A stretch of DNA of 32,000 bases from Haloquadratum walsbyi C23 (lineage in GTDB: Archaea; Halobacteriota; Halobacteria; Halobacteriales; Haloferacaceae): positions 780,001 through 812,000 of the forward strand of contig NC_017459.1 in NCBI RefSeq assembly GCF_000237865.1. The letters are read 5' to 3'. Positions 26,411 through 32,000 of this stretch are shown here, piece after piece. Both the position numbers and the translations under genes were made by a program. The notes under the pieces are model-generated. The model was given only the letters and a program-made list of their open reading frames with translations, did no database searches and was not told where the DNA came from. Positions within the stretch are counted from its first letter, which is position 1. Each line of letters opens with the position of its first letter.

Positions 26411-27954
26411 TGCCTGCATCAACGTTTTCAATGATCGATATAATTATCCTGCAGTCACAATCGGGGTTACCCTCTGGTATATTGGTGCTTACCCCAGTCA
26501 TCCTTCTTGCAGCGACCGGGCTTATTCTATTGCTTATCGATACAATCTTCACCGAGGTATCGAGTGATTCGCTGTTGGCTGGAGTCTCTGCAATTGGATC
26601 ACTGCTTGCATTCGGTATCACTGGATGGTTCCTTATCAGCGGACTTGGGCAACCACAGACGGGTGGTGCTATCACACTGTATGGTGATGCACTCGTCGTC
26701 GATGGGCTGAGCCTGTTCTTTATGCTAATTTTCACTATCGTGACTACGATGGTTGCAGTTGCCTCGTATGATTATATTAGCGCTCAGCAATACAAGGCTG
26801 AGTTCTACTCACTCATATTATTTGCAGCAACGGGCATGGCATTAATGTCAATGTCAAACTCGCTTGCAACAGCATTCGTGAGTCTTGAACTTGCATCACT
26901 TCCATCATATGCGCTTGTTTCGTTTCTTAAGGATGATCAGGGGAGCATTGAGGCTGGATTGAAATATCTCCTTATTGGGGCGTTATCATCGGCTGTATTT
27001 GTCTTTGGAATCAGTCTTGTCTATGCAGCCACCGGATCATTGCTTCTTAGTGATATTGCTAAATCGGTTGCAGAGACAGAACTGATTGGTGTACTTGGAA
27101 TTGGTATATTGATGATTGCTGGCGGATTTGCATTTAAGACCGCATCTGTGCCGTTTCATTTCTGGGCGCCAGAAGCATACGAAGGCGCTCCAGCACCAAT
27201 ATCGGCGTTTCTTTCATCGGCGTCGAAGGCTGCCGGATTTGCTGTTGCCTTTCGCGTATTCGTTGAGGCGTTCCCGCTAGGTTCACTTCCGGTTGGAATT
27301 GACTGGGTACTTGCATTCCAAGTGCTGGCTGTCGCGACAATGACGCTTGGCAACTTTGCGGCTGCAACCCAAGAAACAGTGAAACGAATGCTTGCATATT
27401 CATCGATCGGACACGCGGGATATGCGCTTATTGGTCTCGCAGCACTTTCAGCTGGTGGTCCGAACGGTGATGTGCTCGGGGCATCAATGGCGCATTTGTT
27501 CGTTTATGGATTTATGAATACTGGTGCATTCTTATTCATTGCACTTGTCGAGCACTGGGGTGTCGGTCGAACCTTTGAGGATTACAATGGACTGGTGACG
27601 CGTGCACCAATCGCTGTTGTTGCGATGACAGTGTTTCTATTCAGTCTTGCCGGACTTCCACCGTTCGGTGGATTTGTTTCAAAATATGCACTATTTTACT
27701 CAGCAATTGAATCTGGATTCTGGTGGCTTGCGGCTGTCGGTGCCGTTAATAGCGCGTTATCATTATTCTATTATAGTCGTGTGATACGAGCAATGTGGAT
27801 TGAGTCACCGACACAAGATCTCTCCGCGCTTGACTCTCGCCCTATTGGGCTCTACGCTGCAGTTCTTTTCGCTGGAGTTGGAACCCTTATCCTACTGCCT
27901 GCATTCGGTCCCGTTGTTGAGACCGCACAAACCGTCGCAGCAGCGTTGTTCTAG
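26410..27954 (+). CDS. nuoN: Complex I subunit N (antiporter-like)
   Basis: ND2-type motif KTASVPFHFWAPEAYEGAPAPISAFLS. TAATG overlap with nuoM. Last gene of the cluster. Confidence 0.93.
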   Translation: MPASTFSMIDIIILQSQSGLPSGILVLTPVILLAATGLILLLIDTIFTEVSSDSLLAGVSAIGSLLAFGITGWFLISGLGQPQTGGAITLYGDALVVDGLSLFFMLIFTIVTTMVAVASYDYISAQQYKAEFYSLILFAATGMALMSMSNSLATAFVSLELASLPSYALVSFLKDDQGSIEAGLKYLLIGALSSAVFVFGISLVYAATGSLLLSDIAKSVAETELIGVLGIGILMIAGGFAFKTASVPFHFWAPEAYEGAPAPISAFLSSASKAAGFAVAFRVFVEAFPLGSLPVGIDWVLAFQVLAVATMTLGNFAAATQETVKRMLAYSSIGHAGYALIGLAALSAGGPNGDVLGASMAHLFVYGFMNTGAFLFIALVEHWGVGRTFEDYNGLVTRAPIAVVAMTVFLFSLAGLPPFGGFVSKYALFYSAIESGFWWLAAVGAVNSALSLFYYSRVIRAMWIESPTQDLSALDSRPIGLYAAVLFAGVGTLILLPAFGPVVETAQTVAAALF

Positions 27955-27994
27955 CGCTTTTATTCTCTGTCCCTTCGTTATTGTAATTGAGGAC

Positions 27995-28341
27995 GCTAGT
28001 TCCTTTCCTCAGCGACCGGCAACGCCGCGAGCGGGGGATACAGCGCCTGCACGAGTTACCTGCGCATTCTCCACACGCTTACTATGCGGTCAGAAGAAAA
28101 TAGTACGACACTCACCACGACGGCGGTGTTCAAACATGATAAGAGGCGCGTACCGTCGCGTGTGGCTGGGTGTCCAACCGGTAGGAGTGGGGCATTCCGA
28201 ACCGCTCATAACCGGAAGTCGCCTGCGAAGCCTGGAGCCGATGTGTTCATGTCGAACATAAGCTCCAATACAGAGGCAGGAAACTCCCCTCAACAAGCGA
28301 GGGGTCAGTAGCCCCGAGCGCCGTAGGGTGGGGTAGTTCAC
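27995..28341 (+). mobile_element. Second, heavily degraded IS1341-type right-end relic (tnpB 3' fragment plus terminal motif)
   Basis: GC-rich block directly after nuoN. Frame fragments resemble TnpB C-termini (..GVGHSEP.., ..NTEAGNSPQQARGQ* versus ..VETGSPTLTEATLAAG* in the first relic). The terminal 19-mer GTAGGGTGGGGTAGTTCAC (28323..28341) equals the end of the first relic apart from a 7-nt insertion there. The left boundary is approximate. Confidence 0.5.
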
Positions 28342-28488
28342 CGCGATAATAACATAATTTCTGGTTTCGGCACCAACGGCTGGAAGTAATCTCTCTTATG
28401 ATATTAAATGATTTATATTAATAATGGTTTTCTTGAGTAATCATACCATGACGGCAGTGTTTTAGCATCTGCGCTTGGATTGTTATAC

Positions 28489-29961
28489 ATGAATCGGCGG
28501 TTGCTACTTGGGTGTGGCCCTGCCGTCCATGATGCGGTCGAGCAGTTTATTGACCGATCTGGACATCTCACGATTGTCACACAGCATGAGACCGTTTTTG
28601 AATCATTCAATGGTGAGGATATCGATCATACGCAGGCAAATCCTGACGATTCGACGGTGTATCCTCCGACTGCCGATATGATATTTATCGCCAGTGACGA
28701 AGCCAAGCAAAATGCAATCACTGCTGAGACCGCTCGAACAGAGTTTCCAAACACGCACATCACGAGCTTCGTTCCCGCAACAGCCTCTCAGAAGATACGA
28801 GAGCGGATTAATTGTGTGAGTAATCACGTAATTGATGCTCGTCAAGCACTGGTAAGCCGATTTAACGATATACTGACACATCCAGGTGCTAGACAACTTC
28901 ATCAGCTGTTCACAACGTTGCGTGATATTGACGACACTCTTGCGATTGTGATGCATGATGCTCCCGATCCGGATGCAATCGCGAGTGCGCTTGCGCTTGC
29001 GGAACTTGCCGATAATGCCGATATTGATGCTGATTTGTGTTATTATGGTTCAATTTCACATCAAGAAAACCGTGCGTTAGTCAATCTACTTGATATTGAT
29101 TTACTTAATTTTGAGAGAGAGACTGATGTTGAGGAATATGATAGTATTGCATTAGTTGATCACTCACGACCAGGAGTTAATGATGGACTTGCTCCCGATA
29201 CTACGGTTGATATTGTTGTCGATCATCACCCACCACGAGCAACGGTTGAGGCATCGTTTGTTGATATCCGTCGAAATGTCGGTGCGACAAGTACCATCTT
29301 CGCAGATTATCTCCGCAGAATAAATGCAGCACCAACTGAATCTGTCGCAACAGCGCTATTGTTTGGCATTCGAACTGATACAAATGACTTCGCAAGAGAG
29401 GTCTCCGCAGCAGATTTTGAGGCTGCTGCATGGTTATTGACGCATGCGAATCTTTCGACACTTGATAATGTTGAATCTCCACAGATGACTTCCGGCGTTC
29501 TTGAGACGCTCTCAAATGCGATTCAGAATCGCGATGTTCGTGGCAATGCACTTGCCTCGAATGTCGGGAGTATCACCGATCGTGACTCACTCGCGCAGGC
29601 AGCTGATCATGTATTGAATCTTAAGGGAGTGAAAATTGTTATTATATATGGCTGGATTGATGATACGGTCTACCTTTCCGGGCGAGCACGCGGTGTTGAT
29701 ATTGATCTTGGCGAGACGCTTCGGAATGCACTTGGAAATGTCGGAAGTGCTGGCGGGCACGCTGACCTAGCTGGTGCACAGATCCCACTTGATGCACTCA
29801 ATTTAGCACAAGAAGAATCCACAGATGATCATTATGCAACTATCTCAGATGCAGTCTCAACACGAGTATTTGGAGCATTAGATGATAAGACGACCGTACT
29901 TGAGCCTGAGGAATCCGAGTCGACTGTTGAGCCGTTTCAGTTCCCACAAAAGACTCAATAA
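28489..29961 (+). CDS. DHH/DHHA1-family phosphoesterase (NrnA/RecJ-like) with N-terminal Rossmann-like domain
   Basis: DHH motifs HDAPDPDAIAS and VVDHHPP, and the DHHA1 motif GSAGGHADLAGAQ. The N-terminal ~130 aa start RRLLLGCGPAVHDAV (degenerate GxGxxG). ATG 28489 is preferred over TTG 28480 because TATA-like GTTTTAGC lies about 26 nt upstream. Confidence 0.85.
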   Translation: MNRRLLLGCGPAVHDAVEQFIDRSGHLTIVTQHETVFESFNGEDIDHTQANPDDSTVYPPTADMIFIASDEAKQNAITAETARTEFPNTHITSFVPATASQKIRERINCVSNHVIDARQALVSRFNDILTHPGARQLHQLFTTLRDIDDTLAIVMHDAPDPDAIASALALAELADNADIDADLCYYGSISHQENRALVNLLDIDLLNFERETDVEEYDSIALVDHSRPGVNDGLAPDTTVDIVVDHHPPRATVEASFVDIRRNVGATSTIFADYLRRINAAPTESVATALLFGIRTDTNDFAREVSAADFEAAAWLLTHANLSTLDNVESPQMTSGVLETLSNAIQNRDVRGNALASNVGSITDRDSLAQAADHVLNLKGVKIVIIYGWIDDTVYLSGRARGVDIDLGETLRNALGNVGSAGGHADLAGAQIPLDALNLAQEESTDDHYATISDAVSTRVFGALDDKTTVLEPEESESTVEPFQFPQKTQ

Positions 29962-30335
29962 TATCTATGAATCAGGCGAAAGATGATTTCTTCCGATCTT
30001 CCCCGAGCGGGGTCGCCTGGAATTGACACTCAAATACCTTGCTGGTGTCACCCCGTTCATCATAATCCGATAACTCCCGTTGAGTGCTCACTGAGCGATT
30101 TTGAGAGGAATCGTATTTTCAAGCCGGCTCAGTCAGCAGTGAATTAAACTCATTAATCCGTCGTTTGAATCTTCTTACTGCATATTTCTGTAATTCATAT
30201 GACGTGATAAAATTCCATATCAGATTCACCCTCGTGATTATATTCAAGATTTGAGGCAGTTATGTTGTCCCGTCAGTAAATCTCATATTATGATGATGAG
30301 TATGTTTTTTAGTACTGATTGACAATCGCCGTATC

Positions 30336-31118
30336 ATGAGTGAGAAGGCGACTGTCAATGAGTATATGACACAAGATGTCCAGACTGTTTCGCCGACTGA
30401 CACCGTTGCCGATGTCGCTCATCAAATTAAAAATAGTGCTGGTCATACTGGATTTCCTGTTTCGGAGGGTCGGACCGTCGAGGGAGTCGTGACCGCTTGT
30501 GATCTGTTATTAGTTGACGACGAAGCAGCTATCTTCACCGTCATGACCGAGGATATTATTGTTGCACATCCAGATATGGCGGTTGTTGATGCCGGACGGG
30601 TTATTCTTCGATCTGGTATTCAAAAGCTCCCTGTCGTTGATGATGCCGGGAATCTCGTCGGAATTATTTCGAACACCGATGTTGTTCGGTCACAGATTGA
30701 GCGTGCAACGCCAGAGAAGGTTGGAAAATTGATGCGGACGCTTGAACAAATTCATGGCATTTCAGTTGAACAGGAGCGCCGCTCAATCACACTTGATAAT
30801 CTTGTTCCAACGCAAAGCCGTGTATATGGCGATGAACTTGAGGGACGACAATATGAGCTTGAACGTGGACTCGCAGAGCCTCTTGTTACAATTGACACTG
30901 CTGGTGCATTACTCCTTGCCGATGGACATCACCGTGTTATGGCTGCTACAGAAGTCGGAATTGATGAAATGGAGGCATATGTCATCATCGTCAATGACCC
31001 TGTTGAGTTGGGAATGCAGCGGACGGCAAAAAAAGAGGGTCTCTATTCGATTGATGATATCGAAATCGTTGAGTATGGACGACATCCACTTGTTGAGACC
31101 ACGCGCCGACTACAGTAA
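30336..31118 (+). CDS. CBS-domain pair fused to a ParB/sulfiredoxin-like (ParBc) domain
   Basis: N-terminal tandem CBS pattern (MTQDVQTVSP...GFPV... and VMTEDIIVAHPD...KLPVVDDAGNLVGIISNTDV). The C-terminal region has LVPTQ and ADGHHR, typical of the ParB-like nuclease/Srx fold. Confidence 0.8.
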   Translation: MSEKATVNEYMTQDVQTVSPTDTVADVAHQIKNSAGHTGFPVSEGRTVEGVVTACDLLLVDDEAAIFTVMTEDIIVAHPDMAVVDAGRVILRSGIQKLPVVDDAGNLVGIISNTDVVRSQIERATPEKVGKLMRTLEQIHGISVEQERRSITLDNLVPTQSRVYGDELEGRQYELERGLAEPLVTIDTAGALLLADGHHRVMAATEVGIDEMEAYVIIVNDPVELGMQRTAKKEGLYSIDDIEIVEYGRHPLVETTRRLQ

Positions 31119-31170
31119 TAATGCTATCTGAGTGATATTCAGCCAAGCTGAATAACTGGGATTTTATATT

Positions 31171-31455
31171 TCAGTGGTTATGTCCCATTGCTTCACTCAG
31201 TGAGACACCAAAGCGATCTTCAAATAATGATTCCATTTTATCATTGCGCTCTTCAAGATCTGCTGGTGTGTCACCTTCACCGTGATGGACAACAGCATGC
31301 GATTGTTGTGCGAATGACTGAATAATCAGATCACAAACAACTGCGATCGAGTCCTCTCCTTGCTCGGTGAACATATCTGGGAGACCAGCAGGGAGTTCAA
31401 CAGTTTCAGTATTCCCGTCCGGGTCTTCAATAGTATAGGTTTCTGTTGCAACCAT
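31171..31455 (-). CDS. Small acidic protein of unknown function (94 aa)
   Basis: Haloarchaeal-style acidic composition with no antisense gene to explain it. I did not recognise a family. Confidence 0.55.
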   Translation of the reverse strand: MVATETYTIEDPDGNTETVELPAGLPDMFTEQGEDSIAVVCDLIIQSFAQQSHAVVHHGEGDTPADLEERNDKMESLFEDRFGVSLSEAMGHNH

Positions 31456-31568
31456 ACTACATCACAATAGCCAGCACATAAGGGTCTGTGGGACGGCGAT
31501 TGGTTATTTTATATGAGGATTTTCATATGTGATCCTCACGTCCTCAACTTCACCTACGATTACAGCCA

Positions 31569-32000
31569 TCAATCATCACTTTCGACGGCTGCCACATCAG
31601 TGTCGGCTGTTGTTGCTTGATTCTGCTCAAGATCTTCAAGATATTCATCAACGTCAAGAGCAGCCTTCACACCCATGCCGCCAGCAGTCGCTGCCTGTTG
31701 ATAGTGATAATCAACAACATCTCCTGCCGCAAAGATACCAGGTGCATCTGTCTTAGTCTGTCCCCCACCGTCACCACCTGCGGCATCAAGATATCCACGG
31801 TCATCAAGGGACACACCAGTATTGTGAAGATACTCAGTATTCGGTGTATGCCCAATTGCATAAAACACTGCTCCGACATCAAACTCAAACGTCTCCGTCT
31901 CTGGGTTATCAAGTTTTTCACTTGGGTAGCCTTCGGGATGTCGAACAAGTGTTGTATAATCAACACCGTCTTCACGCGTCCCATGTAATTCAGTTAATTC
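31569..32000 (-). CDS. trxB: Thioredoxin-disulfide reductase, C-terminal part (gene continues beyond the window end)
   Basis: The frame is open to position 32000. It reads ...DGVDYTTLVRHPEGY...FEFDVGAVFYAIGHTPNTEYL...GIFAAGDVVDYHYQQAATAGGMGVKAALD, followed by an acidic tail. The ORF-track start at 31868 is an internal GTG (Val). Confidence 0.85.
   Translation of the reverse strand, partial: ELTELHGTREDGVDYTTLVRHPEGYPSEKLDNPETETFEFDVGAVFYAIGHTPNTEYLHNTGVSLDDRGYLDAAGGDGGGQTKTDAPGIFAAGDVVDYHYQQAATAGGMGVKAALDVDEYLEDLEQNQATTADTDVAAVESDD

Noticed and set aside
16622-27954. Complex I cluster lacks nuoE, nuoF and nuoG, has a fused nuoCD and a split nuoJ
   Set aside because: This is the normal archaeal/haloarchaeal 11-subunit arrangement as far as I know and not a novelty. 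Only the insertion between nuoI and nuoJ1 is unusual.
29965-30063. 33-codon minus-strand ORF (MMNGVTPARYLSVNSRRPRSGKIGRNHLSPDS) in the 374-bp spacer after the DHH gene, and a CCCCGAGCGGGG hairpin at about 30001..30012
   Set aside because: The ORF is short and strongly basic, with no promoter-like TATA at the right distance. The hairpin shares only 8-9 nt strings with the IS relics, which is within chance expectation, and it has no TAGTTCAC-type end.
30285-30320. ATGATGA ... CTGA resembling box C and box D of a C/D sRNA
   Set aside because: The boxes are only about 18 nt apart and there are no C'/D' boxes or terminal stem. The stretch coincides with the TATA-like TTTTTTAG promoter of the CBS-ParB gene.
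31516-31538. GAGGAT-N11-ATCCTC inverted repeat between trxB and the small acidic protein gene
   Set aside because: The stem is short and there is no adjacent oligo-T on the transcribed strand. It is compatible with chance.

Overview
The window reads as chromosomal DNA from a low-GC haloarchaeon, Haloquadratum-like. This is inferred from strongly acidic, Thr/Asp/Glu-rich proteins, a TFB gene, a PGF-CTERM sorting signal, AT-rich intergenic DNA, and many TATA-like boxes about 26 nt upstream of start codons (leaderless layout). Gene content is mostly housekeeping. In order: tRNA-Thr(CGU) and trm5; tfb; a divergent iron/cobalamin-type ABC uptake locus (binding protein on +, permease and ATPase on -); thioredoxin; a membrane protein; a Hel308-like helicase; translationally coupled ribH and an aminotransferase; a large GT-C-like membrane protein; purK-purE; an archaeal-type complex I cluster (nuoA-B-CD-H-I, gap, J1-J2-K-L-M-N, no nuoEFG); a DHH/DHHA1 phosphoesterase; a CBS-pair/ParB-like fusion protein; a small acidic protein; and the 3' part of trxB. 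I found no convincing multi-gene novel system such as defence, CRISPR or toxin-antitoxin. The features not explained by ordinary genes are: (1) a truncated, frameshifted IS1341-type tnpB relic inside the nuo gene string that keeps its right-end (omega-RNA-like) region; (2) a second, more degraded relic of the same kind just after nuoN, so nuoJ1-N is bracketed by same-orientation relics, plus a possible third mini-relic after trxA; (3) a ~115-nt repeat with terminal inverted repeats, in two direct copies flanking tRNA-Thr and trm5; (4) a perfect 14-bp palindrome in the 70-bp divergent ABC promoter region; (5) unusual domain architectures (ABC ATPase with an extra C-terminal domain, binding protein with PGF-CTERM, CBS+ParB-like fusion). 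All functional calls rest on motif recognition by eye; no searches were run.
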